From a virus, in the UHGV virus genome UHGV-0014912: a stretch of DNA of 33,704 nucleotides; one strand, 5' to 3'. Of the stretch, positions 1 to 10,006 are shown one piece after another. Position numbers and translations under genes: made by a program. The notes under the pieces are model-generated. The model made no database searches and had not been told where the DNA came from. It saw only the letters and a program-made list of their open reading frames with translations. How positions within the stretch are numbered: the stretch's first letter is position 1; the number at the start of each line of letters is the position of its first letter.

Positions 1-270
1 GTTAAGCGAGATTTTGTGCCTGGCAGGCCATTGGGTTGAGAATATTAGAGTATTGGAAGCGCATTATAAGTTCATTCCAGCTCACAGTGAAATCAGATGT
101 GTACGAAATCACATTTTTTGCCTTTGGCTTGAGTGTAGACCTTAAGCGAGGAGCAGGATCTTCTTTCAGACTTATGGCATAATGCGCGGTTTGTCATATC
201 TCTTTTCAGGATACGCCTGTGTTAGTTTCCAGTAACGTCACAATATAGTTTCAAAGCGACAAAATCAAGA

Positions 271-295
271 CATCAAAAGGGAGCACGAGGCTCCC
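271..295 (-). terminator. Intrinsic terminator downstream of the tape measure gene
   Basis: Hairpin GGGAGCACGAGGCTCCC (279..295) preceded on the plus strand by AAAA, giving a U-run after the stem on the minus-strand RNA. Confidence 0.55.
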
Positions 296-300
296 ATTAG

Positions 301-2700
301 TTACATCTTGCGTCTGTTGCTGTCTTGAACAATAGCCGCGATGTTCTGTTGCTGACGTTTTAATTGTTCAGCAAACCAACGCTGATCAGTAACATTTCCA
401 TTTACGTGAATACTCGCGTCGATTTTTGTTGCTTCTCCTGTTTTGTTATTATCCAAGAATTCTTTTAAGTCGCCGTTTGTGCGTTCATCAACAACACGTT
501 CGCCACCATCAAGCAACCATGTCCCTTCTCTTGGCACTTCTGAAATACCATCGTGAGCCATACCAGTAATATTCACTGATTTCATCTGCAAGACTTGTCC
601 GATAACTCGCGCATAGCTTGAAGCAGCCATAGCGTAACCCATTGGACCAGGATATTTAGCCATTGCAGCAGTTGCGGATTCATAAGCGTTTAACATACCG
701 CTTGCGATTGCTGTACCCTTTTGAATAGCAAATACAGCTTGAGCAGCGTCTGAACTTTCACCTGCGATGCCAGCTATTATTGAACCCATACCAGAAGCAA
801 ACCCGTTATACATTTGGAGTTTCGTCTGAGTTTCCAAGAAAGTAATTTGTTTCGACTTCGCGGCATACGCTTGGTCAAGACGTGCTTTCTGTTGCAGGAA
901 CTGCTCGTGACTGATTAACTGACCATCATATAATTTCTGGTTCTGTTCGCGCATTTTCTGAAATTGTTCATCTAATGCGGCTTGTTGAATAGCCATTTGT
1001 TCTTCGTCAGTTGCAAAACCCAACGCACTAAGATTTTTGATATTAGCCATATTACCATTGCCGCTCGTTGCTTTAATAGCTTCAAGACGTGCCTGATGGT
1101 CTTGCTGTAATGCTTCAATCTGTGTGTTGTATTCTTGCTGACTGATTAACGACTGTGCTTTCTTCGCTTCAAGTTGTTCAAGCTGTTGCTGATATACAAC
1201 TTCAAGACTTGTCGTGATTGCTCCAATTTCTTCAGGACTCGTCATAAGAGTCTGTTTAAATTCTTCGTTAGATGTTTTAAACAGCATGTTTCGGCGTTTC
1301 TTAGCCTGTTCAGCGGAGATAATTCCTTTTTTCTCAAGTTCTGAGATGGTTTTAATAGCCTGATGAACTTGACTAACCTGATTTGAAATCGTTCGACCTT
1401 CTTGACTCAGAATTGCAGCATCAAGACTGGAAAGATTCTGTAACGCAGCCTCCCTGTCTTGCATCATCTTATCGTAGGCAGCTTTAGATTCTCTTGCGGC
1501 TTGCTCCTGTAAGCGTTGCTTTTCTTTAGCAGCGCGTTCTTGTTCTCTTGCTACTCTATCAGCTTCGCGTTTAGCGTTATCAGCTTCTTTTTTCGCTTCC
1601 TCAGCGGCTTTCTCATTACGCTGTTTCTGCAACTTCGCTCGTGTTATTTCGTCTTGCTTACGTTTTTCATAAGCTTTATCACCTTGAGCTTTGGTCTTTT
1701 TCAGAAAACGTTCTGTCGTATCAAGATAATCTTTTTGCAGTTTACGTTGACCTGCGCCAGAAGTCGGGTTAGCGTCTGCATAAGCATCAACAACTGAATC
1801 CGCCATCCAATTAGCTAACATCTTATCAGGACGTAAGCTGTCGATTTCAGTAAAGAAGTCGAGAATACTAGTAGCTGTCCATTCTTTATTCGCGATGTCA
1901 TAAAGATTATTCATCTTAGTGACTAACGGGTCCATAACGTTAACAGCTAAATTATCCAAGTTCACAGAAAGAGTTTTCATCTTTTCATCGAATTCTTGGT
2001 ATTCCCTTGCTGTTTCGTTTGTAATACTAGCTGATTGGTTATTGATAGCGTTTAATGCTTCTTGAGTTGAGCCGTATTTTTCAAGAACAGTAATCAAGTG
2101 AGAACCGTCAGACGCCATAGACTCCATTCCGTTAACGATTTCGGCTTGACTTGCACCAGCTTTTTTCAAGTCATAATAAGTCTGAACAAGTGCTTTAATA
2201 CCGCCTTCGGCGTCGTTAATATATTGAGTGTATCGCTCAAGACCAATACCCCATTTATCAAGGTCATCACTAATACCGCCTGCACCTTCTCTGAATGAAT
2301 CACCGAGATGGTCGAGAGTATCTTTGTTAAGATCTCCGAAACGGTCAATTTCAATTCCTGTAGCGCGAAATTCTTTTTGAAGCTGTTGCAGATATTCAAC
2401 TGAAAGTCCAGTTGACGTAGAGATCTGATTAAGTTCTCTTGTTTTTTCTAAAGCGGTATTAAGAACAGCTACACCTGCGCCTGCTGCCATTCCTGCGATC
2501 CCCAGAGCTTGCATACCTGAGGACATTCCTGCAATAGTTGATATTCCACTGTTGAGATTATTCAACGGTCCTGTCATATTACTAAAAAGCCCATTAGCAA
2601 TCGAATCGAGTTCGTTCAGTTTCTCCATAGACTTATCAATAGATTTTGAAAGGCCTTTGTTATCTCCGTTAATCTCAACGTCATAACGTGATTTAGCCAT
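301..2700 (-). CDS. Tail tape measure protein
   Basis: 799 aa; long K/E/A/Q-rich coiled-coil centre, Gly/Ala-rich hydrophobic C-terminal segments (GFASGMGSIIAGIAG...), directly downstream of a G/T-like chaperone pair. Confidence 0.6.
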   Translation of the reverse strand: MAKSRYDVEINGDNKGLSKSIDKSMEKLNELDSIANGLFSNMTGPLNNLNSGISTIAGMSSGMQALGIAGMAAGAGVAVLNTALEKTRELNQISTSTGLSVEYLQQLQKEFRATGIEIDRFGDLNKDTLDHLGDSFREGAGGISDDLDKWGIGLERYTQYINDAEGGIKALVQTYYDLKKAGASQAEIVNGMESMASDGSHLITVLEKYGSTQEALNAINNQSASITNETAREYQEFDEKMKTLSVNLDNLAVNVMDPLVTKMNNLYDIANKEWTATSILDFFTEIDSLRPDKMLANWMADSVVDAYADANPTSGAGQRKLQKDYLDTTERFLKKTKAQGDKAYEKRKQDEITRAKLQKQRNEKAAEEAKKEADNAKREADRVAREQERAAKEKQRLQEQAARESKAAYDKMMQDREAALQNLSSLDAAILSQEGRTISNQVSQVHQAIKTISELEKKGIISAEQAKKRRNMLFKTSNEEFKQTLMTSPEEIGAITTSLEVVYQQQLEQLEAKKAQSLISQQEYNTQIEALQQDHQARLEAIKATSGNGNMANIKNLSALGFATDEEQMAIQQAALDEQFQKMREQNQKLYDGQLISHEQFLQQKARLDQAYAAKSKQITFLETQTKLQMYNGFASGMGSIIAGIAGESSDAAQAVFAIQKGTAIASGMLNAYESATAAMAKYPGPMGYAMAASSYARVIGQVLQMKSVNITGMAHDGISEVPREGTWLLDGGERVVDERTNGDLKEFLDNNKTGEATKIDASIHVNGNVTDQRWFAEQLKRQQQNIAAIVQDSNRRKM

Positions 2701-3055
2701 TATTCACCTTTTTTGTTTTTCTCAGTTTAACTTTATCCAACAGAGCTGGGTCGAACATCGATTCAATAGCTTTCTTACGTTTAAGCTCCTGTTGTTCTTT
2801 CTCTTTTTCGATTTCTTCTTGAGACTTAAACACAGAATCTTTAATAAGCTGATGGTCTTTCATGTTCAACTTTTTTCTGTACTCTTTGGTCAGATTCGGG
2901 TTATTTGCTTCGATAGTGTGAATCAATCGAGCTTGATAGAAATCGTTATAGACAGGACTTTGTGGTTCAATAAACGAGTCGAAAAACCATAATTCGTAAT
3001 ACATCATTACGGACATCTGTTGAATTTCTTCGTTTGATAATCCGCGACGTAACAT
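2693..3055 (-). CDS. Tail assembly chaperone, T-like frameshift extension (probably expressed as a G-T fusion)
   Basis: Reading frame stays open upstream of its first ATG and overlaps the 3' end of the 3091..3399 ORF in the -1 frame; sits immediately upstream of the tape measure gene. Confidence 0.4.
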   Translation of the reverse strand: MLRRGLSNEEIQQMSVMMYYELWFFDSFIEPQSPVYNDFYQARLIHTIEANNPNLTKEYRKKLNMKDHQLIKDSVFKSQEEIEKEKEQQELKRKKAIESMFDPALLDKVKLRKTKKVNNG

Positions 3056-3090
3056 TGTTCGATACTGAAATGATTTTGCCCAGTTCTGCC

Positions 3091-3399
3091 TTAGTTCTTT
3101 TCCAGAACGTCTGAATCCTTAGTCAGAATACTAGCGTTTGAAACAGCGCTTGCGAGTTGTGAACGAACAGTCGTATAAAGTTTCTGAACTTGAGCGATTT
3201 CTTTAAAAACGCTTGTTCCGTCTTCGTGCTGAATGCAATTTAGAATCATTCGGTCGTTACGTTCTTCTGTGTTTTCATTTTTGAAATAGAATTCACCAAA
3301 CTCGGATACAGTCATCGGACGTGCATAGAATTTATAACCGTTGATTTCAACAGGTTCGCGTTTTGGTGATAGTGATGCTAACATTTCATCGAAATTCAT
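3091..3399 (-). CDS. Tail assembly chaperone (G-like)
   Basis: 102 aa ORF directly before the T-like ORF and tape measure gene; 28-nt -1 overlap containing GGAAAAG. Confidence 0.45.
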   Translation of the reverse strand: MNFDEMLASLSPKREPVEINGYKFYARPMTVSEFGEFYFKNENTEERNDRMILNCIQHEDGTSVFKEIAQVQKLYTTVRSQLASAVSNASILTKDSDVLEKN

Positions 3400-3435
3400 T
3401 TTTGTTTCCCTTTGTTGAGTTTTCTTTTATTTATG

Positions 3436-3460
3436 AAAAAGGGAGCACGAGGCTCCCTTT
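3436..3460. terminator. Bidirectional intrinsic terminator; second copy of the GGGAGCACGAGGCTCCC hairpin
   Basis: Same 17-nt stem-loop as at 279..295, flanked by AAAAA upstream and TTT downstream. Confidence 0.55.
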
Positions 3461-3461
3461 G

Positions 3462-3779
3462 TTATTTCCATTGAAAGAAATATCCGTACATTCTGAAACC
3501 TTTGTGGATATATTCAATCATTCCTAAGTTCTTCGCTTCGGTCTCAAAAAATGGACCTTGCAGTCGAACTGTCTGTCCTAATTTGAAATGACAATTAGGT
3601 TTTTTCTTCTGCGTTGATACAATAAAAACGTTTTTATCGTTGAACAGATATTTTTTAATGCGCTTATCTTTGATGTGTTCACAACTGTAAGGAACAGTCA
3701 TTGACTCTGGATTAATCTCATTAACGTAGATGTCGGCAAGTTCTTCTAATCTGTAAGTATCAAAATCGTGAATGTTCAT
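3462..3779 (-). CDS. Hypothetical phage protein
   Basis: 105 aa ORF with GGAG-type RBS and CTAAATAAAG motif upstream; no motif recognised. Confidence 0.35.
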   Translation of the reverse strand: MNIHDFDTYRLEELADIYVNEINPESMTVPYSCEHIKDKRIKKYLFNDKNVFIVSTQKKKPNCHFKLGQTVRLQGPFFETEAKNLGMIEYIHKGFRMYGYFFQWK

Positions 3780-3794
3780 TTTCTCTCCTTTTGA

Positions 3795-3804
3795 CTTTAT
3801 TTAG
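3795..3804 (-). promoter_or_regulatory. CTAAATAAAG motif (late-promoter-like) upstream of the 3462..3779 gene
   Basis: Exact 10-mer (minus-strand sense) about 17 nt upstream of the ATG with an RBS in between; one of four exact copies, all upstream of minus-strand gene starts. Confidence 0.4.
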
Positions 3805-4339
3805 TACCCGCAACACGCTTAACTGTTTTTAAAATATCGTCAGAGATTTGATTCCATGAACCCAGAGTTTTTCTTCTGTGTTGATTTTTCTTGAATACAG
3901 CAATTAAACGACGGTCTTGCTTTTTAACGTTAGTTTTAATGAGGATCGTTCGAGTTACGCCATCTTTTTTCTGCTTGACAGCTTCAAGATTATTTCTTGA
4001 TTTCAAGTTAGGAATGTTACCGAATTTGTTTTTTGAACCTCTTACGCCAGTTGGAACAAACTTGTTAATTCCTTTGTTATCATCAATCAACGGAGCAAGA
4101 TAATCAGCCTGCTTGTCTTTGATGTATATCCTATTTCGTGACCCGTTCTGATCGTATCTGAAACTGAAACCTACAGCGTTCTTAGTGAAATTAACTGGTC
4201 CATCGACTCGTCTATTGATTTTTCTTTGCAACTCAACAGAAGCAAGTTTAGACGCTTTGGTCACTTTCTTACTGAACACGTCAGATTCTTTGATTCGCCA
4301 TTTTTCAAGGTCTTTCATGACATCTTTTGCTTTTGCCAT
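3797..4339 (-). CDS. Hypothetical basic phage protein
   Basis: 180 aa, Lys/Arg-rich; start overlaps the stop of the upstream ORF (ATGA). Confidence 0.35.
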   Translation of the reverse strand: MAKAKDVMKDLEKWRIKESDVFSKKVTKASKLASVELQRKINRRVDGPVNFTKNAVGFSFRYDQNGSRNRIYIKDKQADYLAPLIDDNKGINKFVPTGVRGSKNKFGNIPNLKSRNNLEAVKQKKDGVTRTILIKTNVKKQDRRLIAVFKKNQHRRKTLGSWNQISDDILKTVKRVAGTK

Positions 4340-4536
4340 TAGTTAGCTCCTGACATCAGAAGCGTCCCAAATGTTTTTATCTGTTCTTCGCTGATAAGAA
4401 TCATCTTAGGTGCATTAATATCGAAAGCTTGAAGAACAGGAACAGCAACAGTGTTATAAGTTATAGTAACGAGAAATAGAACAATAAGATAATCTTTAGC
4501 GTGTTTTGCCATTGCTTGGAGATATTTCATTTTCAT
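4339..4536 (-). CDS. Small membrane protein (possible holin-like); true start may be internal
   Basis: 65 aa with one hydrophobic helix (LIVLFLVTITYNTVAVPVL); overlaps the 3' end of the endonuclease VII gene. Confidence 0.25.
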   Translation of the reverse strand: MKMKYLQAMAKHAKDYLIVLFLVTITYNTVAVPVLQAFDINAPKMILISEEQIKTFGTLLMSGAN

Positions 4537-4972
4537 ATTTCACCTTTATTTGGTTTGAATAGACTTTTTCAAGCTCCTTTTTCGTTTTGAGATTTGAACC
4601 TGTGATAGCTTTCATCTCAGAAAGATTTTTTCGAGAGAACGCTTTCTTTAAATCAGAAATAAGTTGTGGATGAGTAGGATTGTCTGAGTAGTCTTTTTCA
4701 AGATACTTAACAAGATTCTTTAAAAACTCTATGTAGTCGATTTTCCCATCGAGACCTGAACGTTTAAACTGATGTTTTATTCTGCCCTCGAGGACGTTTG
4801 CTTGAGCGATTAATAATCCTCTGCATCTGCCTGCGTTAGAGCCGGTTAAAATATGGTCGTGGTCAAGATGGGCTTTATTAACTTCATGAATCTTTATGCC
4901 AGTTAAAGCACAAAGACCTTTTTGCTTTTGAAAGAGTTCTTGCTTATAAATCGGAATCTCTTTTCTTTTCAT
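4496..4972 (-). CDS. Endonuclease VII-like Holliday junction resolvase (T4 gp49 family)
   Basis: Motif block HLDHDHILTGSNAGRCRGLLIAQANVLEGRIKHQFKRSGLDGKIDYIEFL matches my recollection of T4 endonuclease VII (HLDHDH...VRGLL...EG..KH.F.RSGL). Confidence 0.7.
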   Translation of the reverse strand: MKRKEIPIYKQELFQKQKGLCALTGIKIHEVNKAHLDHDHILTGSNAGRCRGLLIAQANVLEGRIKHQFKRSGLDGKIDYIEFLKNLVKYLEKDYSDNPTHPQLISDLKKAFSRKNLSEMKAITGSNLKTKKELEKVYSNQIKVKYENEISPSNGKTR

Positions 4973-5253
4973 TTTCCTCTTAGAACTGCTAGGTCGATAT
5001 CTAGCTTTGCTGTCCTTCCTTCTAAATTCTTCAAATCAGATTTGACCTCTCGAACTTCATCCTGTTGTCGTGTTAAATCGCTTATAAGCGAAGCATCTTT
5101 GGCGTCATTAACTGCGATGCTTTTTTCGATGTCTGAGAAACGTTTTTCAAGGTCAAGTCGTTTTTCATTGTTTGATTTAATTTCGGTATAAACCCAAGCC
5201 AAGAAACCTCCTAGAGCACCCAAGATGGAAATGATCAGTGCTATATCGACCAT
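4969..5253 (-). CDS. Membrane-anchored coiled-coil protein (i-spanin-like or assembly protein)
   Basis: 94 aa; N-terminal TM helix (IALIISILGALGGFLAWVY) followed by a charged coiled coil. Confidence 0.3.
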   Translation of the reverse strand: MVDIALIISILGALGGFLAWVYTEIKSNNEKRLDLEKRFSDIEKSIAVNDAKDASLISDLTRQQDEVREVKSDLKNLEGRTAKLDIDLAVLRGK

Positions 5254-5283
5254 CTTGAATCTCCTTTTTAAAGACCTCCTTGT

Positions 5284-5293
5284 CTTTATTTAG
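5284..5293 (-). promoter_or_regulatory. CTAAATAAAG motif upstream of the 4969..5253 gene
   Basis: Exact 10-mer about 33 nt upstream of the ATG. Confidence 0.35.
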
Positions 5294-5295
5294 AA

Positions 5296-8200
5296 CTATA
5301 CTTTACTAATAAAGTAAACTGCTCTTGATGCTACCGCACGGTTCAACTCAGCCGTATATGTTAAGTCAACAGCTTGACCAGCTTCGATATAAGCGACACC
5401 ACCGTTTGAGCCGTTTAACGAACGGGATTCCGTGTAAACAACTTCCTGACCGTTTGATAATCTCAGCCACGCTTTACCACCGCCCCAACCAGTACCGCCT
5501 GAATATGTCCAACCTGAAATAGCAACGTTAGGAATAGCAATCATGCGTCTCCAGTTGACAGCAGGAAAATGAACTGTTCCCCACGGATCTATAAATCCCA
5601 TGTCAATAACGTCGCCTTCAATTCTGTCAGCGTATACAGTTCCTGTGAAATAACCTGAACCGCCTCTGATTTCTCCTGAGAAATAACCTGAGTCAGCTTG
5701 AATATTTCCTTTAACGTTAACGTTTTGGAAAGAAGCCCAACCGTCTTTTCTGATTGTCCAACCTTGAGTACCACCGGAAGAGAACCAGTTGTCAGAAGAT
5801 ATTTCATAAGCAATCTGAGCCGAACCGATCTGAGCATTACCAATTTTCGCTGATGTAATAGCACCGTTTTCAATCTTCGCGTTGTTAATAGCAGCATCGC
5901 GAATCTTTGCCGTATCAATTGAAGCGTTTGCAATCTTCGCATTACCGATTGAAGCATCACGAATCATAGCATCTTGGAGATAAGTCTTGTTATCTGCAAC
6001 CATGAACGGAGGAACAGCACCTTCAGGAGTGTTGTTATTCGTAATAGCGATTTTATCAGCGTTGAAAATAATGCTTGATGATTTCGAACCGTCAGCATTT
6101 TTATTAGCGAGCATACTGATACCAGCAACAACACCGTCGGCATTAGTCTGAACTGCCCATTTGCTGTTAATAGTTCCTGTCAGTTCGTCAACACTTGCTT
6201 TTGCTTCTGTTGAAACACTTGCAATTGCTGAGTCAGTTTCAGCTTTCAGTTGGCTAATTGCGCTTGCTGTTGCTTCTCTATCGTTAGCTTGAGTTTTTTC
6301 AACAGTCGTGATAGCAGCGTTTAATTTACCGTCAAACTCAGCCGATTGAATAGTAATAGCCTGATTGATAGCGCCATTCGTTCCATCAGTTATTTGAGTG
6401 TGTAACTCAGCGTTTTTGGTAATAATCGTCTGATTCAGTTCTGTTGTTACTTTTTGCTCCGACGCTATAACTTCTGTATCGGTATATTCCTTAGCAAGTT
6501 TCAAAGCGTCTTCAATAGCACCGTCAACGCGTTCGTTCAGGTCTAACAAGTCTTCTAATTGGTCTTTCATATCGTCGTTCCATGGAATATCCCATTTCAT
6601 ATCGATATAAGTCGCCTGTGACCAAGTAATCTGGTCTTGTCCGAAAACGTCATACCATGCTGCACGAACATAATATTGACCATCTTCTAACGGGAAGTTG
6701 TCTAAAAACGGACTTGAGCTTGAATAAACGTGAACAATTTCATTAAAGCTTTGGTCTTTCGCAATATGAACAATTGTGCCTTTGAAGTCAGGTACTTCAG
6801 GAATATTATCACGTGGGTCATTCCATGAACACATCAGCATTCCAGGACCATTCGAAGCTGTGAAACCTTGAATTGCAGGAGCTTGATTGTTCTTGACAGT
6901 AATAACACTCGGATCTGATTTCATACCAGCGTGACCGTATGCAGTAACAGAAACTTTCAGTTCGCGACTCAGACCATTACCCAAGTTCATATTAAAGTCG
7001 TATACAAAACCTAAATCTTTAGTCTTGTAAATTACAGGTCGTTGACCTTCGATTTTAATTTCGTAATACTGAAAAACTTCACCGAATGTCTGTAACGTGT
7101 CGTCAACATAGAATTTCTGTGCGCTCTGGTCGTCCCAGGCGAATTCAAATTGAGTCTTGTTAGTGGTGTACTGATCCTCAACCGCGTTCGTTAGGCGCAA
7201 TCCTGTAACGCTTGGTAAGTTATACGTAACATCAGGGTTAACGTTATTCACATATACCCATTCTGAACGATACACAACACCAGAAGCACAAACACGAATA
7301 TCAAATTTCTGATTAGGGTCAAGACTCATAATCAAGAAATAATCGCCTGATGTGAAACCTGCTTGAGTCCAAGAGTTCTGACCAGCAAGACTATACTGAA
7401 TATAATAACCTGCGCGGTTATAATCAGGTTCAGACGTCCATTGCACTTTCAAAGTTCTTCCTAAAGCGGTTTCAGCAACTGCTTTAACTGTCAGATTCTT
7501 CGGTGGAATAAGAACAGCTTTGTTAGGAATGTTACTTCCTGAGTTATCAGGGTCTTTCGCGTAGTCAAGATCGGTATAAACTTCTTCGATATATTCAGCA
7601 GCGGTAATAGTAACGATACCAGCAGCACCTTTTTCCATCGTGCGATCAACGTTAGTTACACGCCATAAGGAATCAGTCAGTTCCAGTTCTTCGAAATTAA
7701 CTCTGATAATATCCCAGACCTGAACGGTATAAGCATCAGCAGACGAAAAACTAATAACCTGTTGTAACAGTGATTTGTTTCGTTCTATTGAAGCAATTTT
7801 GTCCAACTGAGCTTTATCTTTAACGAATCTGTAACTAATATCTTTTGCGATAATACGTTTATCTTTTGCGATAGTTCCATCATTTGTTACGTCAGACGGA
7901 TAACGAAGAACTTGGTCAGAATAGTCAATCAAAGGATCTTGATATTTCACGTTCAGAGTGTTGTAGTAATTCTCTGTTCCACCATCGTTCAAGCTAACAG
8001 TTCCGGCGTTAATATTATCCTCGTTGAAATCATATTGAACAACACCAGGACCATCGATAACGCAAGTAACTAATCCGAAAGACTCTGTGATAATACCGTT
8101 AAAAGCACCTGCAATCTGAGTTAAGTTTTCTTTGAATGAACCATTCGGGTCAGTTGCACCGTTTGAAAACAGACTGTTCAGTTTTGCGTGTTCTGCACAT

Positions 8201-8985
8201 TGCTTGAAACTATCAAGATTGATTTTATCAAGTGGAATACCCAGACCGTAACGTTCGTTCGTTAGATAATCGACTGCTTGACTAGGACCATTGTTTGAAG
8301 GAGAGATGCCTCCTGTGTTCAGGTCAGTAATCAAACGTCCTCTAACGTCAACAGCTACTTGACTGTTAGGTTGCAGGATATCAGCTTGGTTTTCTAAGTC
8401 TTTGTTACGTTTACGCATAACGACACAAACAGAAGCGATACCATTACCAGTTGCAGAATCAGGCCAACCAGCTGGGTCATTTCCTAGATATTTCTGAGCA
8501 AGCGTGAAAACGTGACCGTATGGTTTACCAGTTGAGAATTCAACTTCAACGAAATTCTGATATTCAGCAGCGATAGAGCCTTTATCTAAAATGCCATCTC
8601 TGTAAGTTCCATCAAGTAAGATTTTCTGATTATCCATATACAGGTTTTTGAAGCTATCAACTTCACCTTCACAGATTGCAAAGACTTGCACCAGATAAGT
8701 CGTATCGACACCAACAGATTTCCAAACGTTAATAGTCCCTGTACGTTGTTCGCCGTAGATAATAGGAATTACGCTTGCAGGGTCAGACGTTGTTCCTAGT
8801 GTCGTTGCAGTGTCTGCGCTATTAAATCGAGGAACAGATTCTTTCATCGAATAGGACATTAATCCTGAAACAGCAGCAACAGCGACACCAATACCGATAG
8901 CAACAGCAAGAGCAGCACCAGCGGCATATGCCGCAGCAGCAGCGGAAGCACCCGCAATAATTGCACCAATAGCAGCAATAGCCAT
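5296..8985 (-). CDS. Tail tip / host-specificity protein (lambda J-like) with an I-like hydrophobic N-terminal segment
   Basis: 1229 aa; N-terminal region loosely resembles the start of lambda J; C-terminal tandem short repeats ([40 protein letters not shown]); N-terminal Ala/Gly-rich hydrophobic stretch. Confidence 0.55.
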   Translation of the reverse strand: MAIAAIGAIIAGASAAAAAYAAGAALAVAIGIGVAVAAVSGLMSYSMKESVPRFNSADTATTLGTTSDPASVIPIIYGEQRTGTINVWKSVGVDTTYLVQVFAICEGEVDSFKNLYMDNQKILLDGTYRDGILDKGSIAAEYQNFVEVEFSTGKPYGHVFTLAQKYLGNDPAGWPDSATGNGIASVCVVMRKRNKDLENQADILQPNSQVAVDVRGRLITDLNTGGISPSNNGPSQAVDYLTNERYGLGIPLDKINLDSFKQCAEHAKLNSLFSNGATDPNGSFKENLTQIAGAFNGIITESFGLVTCVIDGPGVVQYDFNEDNINAGTVSLNDGGTENYYNTLNVKYQDPLIDYSDQVLRYPSDVTNDGTIAKDKRIIAKDISYRFVKDKAQLDKIASIERNKSLLQQVISFSSADAYTVQVWDIIRVNFEELELTDSLWRVTNVDRTMEKGAAGIVTITAAEYIEEVYTDLDYAKDPDNSGSNIPNKAVLIPPKNLTVKAVAETALGRTLKVQWTSEPDYNRAGYYIQYSLAGQNSWTQAGFTSGDYFLIMSLDPNQKFDIRVCASGVVYRSEWVYVNNVNPDVTYNLPSVTGLRLTNAVEDQYTTNKTQFEFAWDDQSAQKFYVDDTLQTFGEVFQYYEIKIEGQRPVIYKTKDLGFVYDFNMNLGNGLSRELKVSVTAYGHAGMKSDPSVITVKNNQAPAIQGFTASNGPGMLMCSWNDPRDNIPEVPDFKGTIVHIAKDQSFNEIVHVYSSSSPFLDNFPLEDGQYYVRAAWYDVFGQDQITWSQATYIDMKWDIPWNDDMKDQLEDLLDLNERVDGAIEDALKLAKEYTDTEVIASEQKVTTELNQTIITKNAELHTQITDGTNGAINQAITIQSAEFDGKLNAAITTVEKTQANDREATASAISQLKAETDSAIASVSTEAKASVDELTGTINSKWAVQTNADGVVAGISMLANKNADGSKSSSIIFNADKIAITNNNTPEGAVPPFMVADNKTYLQDAMIRDASIGNAKIANASIDTAKIRDAAINNAKIENGAITSAKIGNAQIGSAQIAYEISSDNWFSSGGTQGWTIRKDGWASFQNVNVKGNIQADSGYFSGEIRGGSGYFTGTVYADRIEGDVIDMGFIDPWGTVHFPAVNWRRMIAIPNVAISGWTYSGGTGWGGGKAWLRLSNGQEVVYTESRSLNGSNGGVAYIEAGQAVDLTYTAELNRAVASRAVYFISKV

Positions 8986-9401
8986 TATTTTCTCCTGTTG
9001 AAAATTAATTCAAAATTAAAATCGTTAACGTTCACTAGTTTGTATTTGTTTTCGTGTTCAACCAATGCTTGATTATTGAAAACGATGGACGCAACGTAAT
9101 AGACACGGTTTTTATGTTTTTTCTTAATTAAGATAACCGAGCCAGTTTCTATCTTTTCTGATTTCGCAAGATGATTTTCACAAGCTTCGAGAACGTTGTT
9201 AAAACCAGTTAGCTCTTTGCAAATCTTGAGACCTTCGGGAATACTCTTGTATTTGTCTTTTAATTTGTCTGTGTATTCAGTAGCACAAACAAGGTCGATA
9301 TATTCAGCAACAAGGATATTACAGTCGTTTTGACCGAACTGATGTTCTTTGTTGATATATCGATTCAGTAATTTTGATAAGTCAGCTTGAAATTTAAACA
9401 T
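8985..9401 (-). CDS. Hypothetical tail-associated protein (possibly a K-like cysteine peptidase)
   Basis: 138 aa immediately upstream of and coupled to the J-like gene; Cys and His residues present ([11 protein letters not shown]) but no confident motif. Confidence 0.25.
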   Translation of the reverse strand: MFKFQADLSKLLNRYINKEHQFGQNDCNILVAEYIDLVCATEYTDKLKDKYKSIPEGLKICKELTGFNNVLEACENHLAKSEKIETGSVILIKKKHKNRVYYVASIVFNNQALVEHENKYKLVNVNDFNFELIFNRRK

Positions 9402-9414
9402 GTTTCACCTCTGA

Positions 9415-9424
9415 CTTTATTTAG
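9415..9424 (-). promoter_or_regulatory. CTAAATAAAG motif upstream of the 8985..9401 gene
   Basis: Exact 10-mer 17 nt upstream of the ATG, directly after the terminator of the preceding gene. Confidence 0.4.
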
Positions 9425-9426
9425 AG

Positions 9427-9452
9427 CCAAAAAAGGACTCATAAGGAGTCCT
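9427..9452 (-). terminator. Intrinsic terminator after the putative major tail gene
   Basis: Stem AGGACTC / GAGTCCT with loop ATAAG, preceded on the plus strand by an A-run (U-run on the minus RNA). Confidence 0.6.
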
Positions 9453-9467
9453 TCTTACTTCGTTCAA

Positions 9468-9947
9468 TTAAGCTTCTGGAGTAGTCGTATCGATAACGCC
9501 TGAAGCAACTGGACCACCGTCAACAGAAAGTGTCAGAGTCAGACCAGAAACTTCTGATTCTCCACCATTGTGAACAGCGCTTGACAAGAAACCGTTATAC
9601 ATTTTCGCAACGCCCAGATCTTTAGCAGCATCGACCCAATAAACGATTTTGAACTGACCACGTTTACCATCTTCCGCAAGCTTAATCAGAACATCATGAA
9701 CGCTTTCTGGAATATAGTTAACAGTCAAGTCGATATCAGGAACAGAACCACGACCAACAAGCTTACGAGAATACTTATGAGAGAAGTTCGGAGCTGTAAT
9801 AACTTCACGCTCAATACCAGTAGAAGGGAATGCACCAGTCTCTGGAATTTCAACGAATTTGTCGTTATTCAAGTCTGTGTTAGTGATATCAGAGTTATAG
9901 AACACACTGACGTAAGAGCCAGAGAAAATATCAAATTTATCAGCCAT
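9468..9947 (-). CDS. Putative major tail (tube-like) protein
   Basis: 159 aa; loose pattern resemblance to lambda V; TATAAATA element 30 nt upstream and a strong terminator downstream, consistent with a highly expressed structural gene. Confidence 0.35.
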   Translation of the reverse strand: MADKFDIFSGSYVSVFYNSDITNTDLNNDKFVEIPETGAFPSTGIEREVITAPNFSHKYSRKLVGRGSVPDIDLTVNYIPESVHDVLIKLAEDGKRGQFKIVYWVDAAKDLGVAKMYNGFLSSAVHNGGESEVSGLTLTLSVDGGPVASGVIDTTTPEA

Positions 9948-9976
9948 TTTGTTTTCCTATTTGAGTTAATATAGTT

Positions 9977-9984
9977 TATTTATA
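9977..9984 (-). promoter_or_regulatory. TATAAATA element (T4-late-promoter-like) upstream of the 9468..9947 gene
   Basis: Minus-strand TATAAATA about 30 nt upstream of the ATG. Confidence 0.3.
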
Positions 9985-10006
9985 AAGGGAATTCCTCCCC
10001 TTTTTG

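Noticed and set aside
1516-1797. Plus-strand ORFs antisense to the tape measure gene (1516..1797, 2098..2298) and minus-strand 2166..2399
   Set aside because: Low-complexity translations (Phe/Leu/Ser-rich) fully embedded in a long, well-supported coding frame; typical antisense artefacts.
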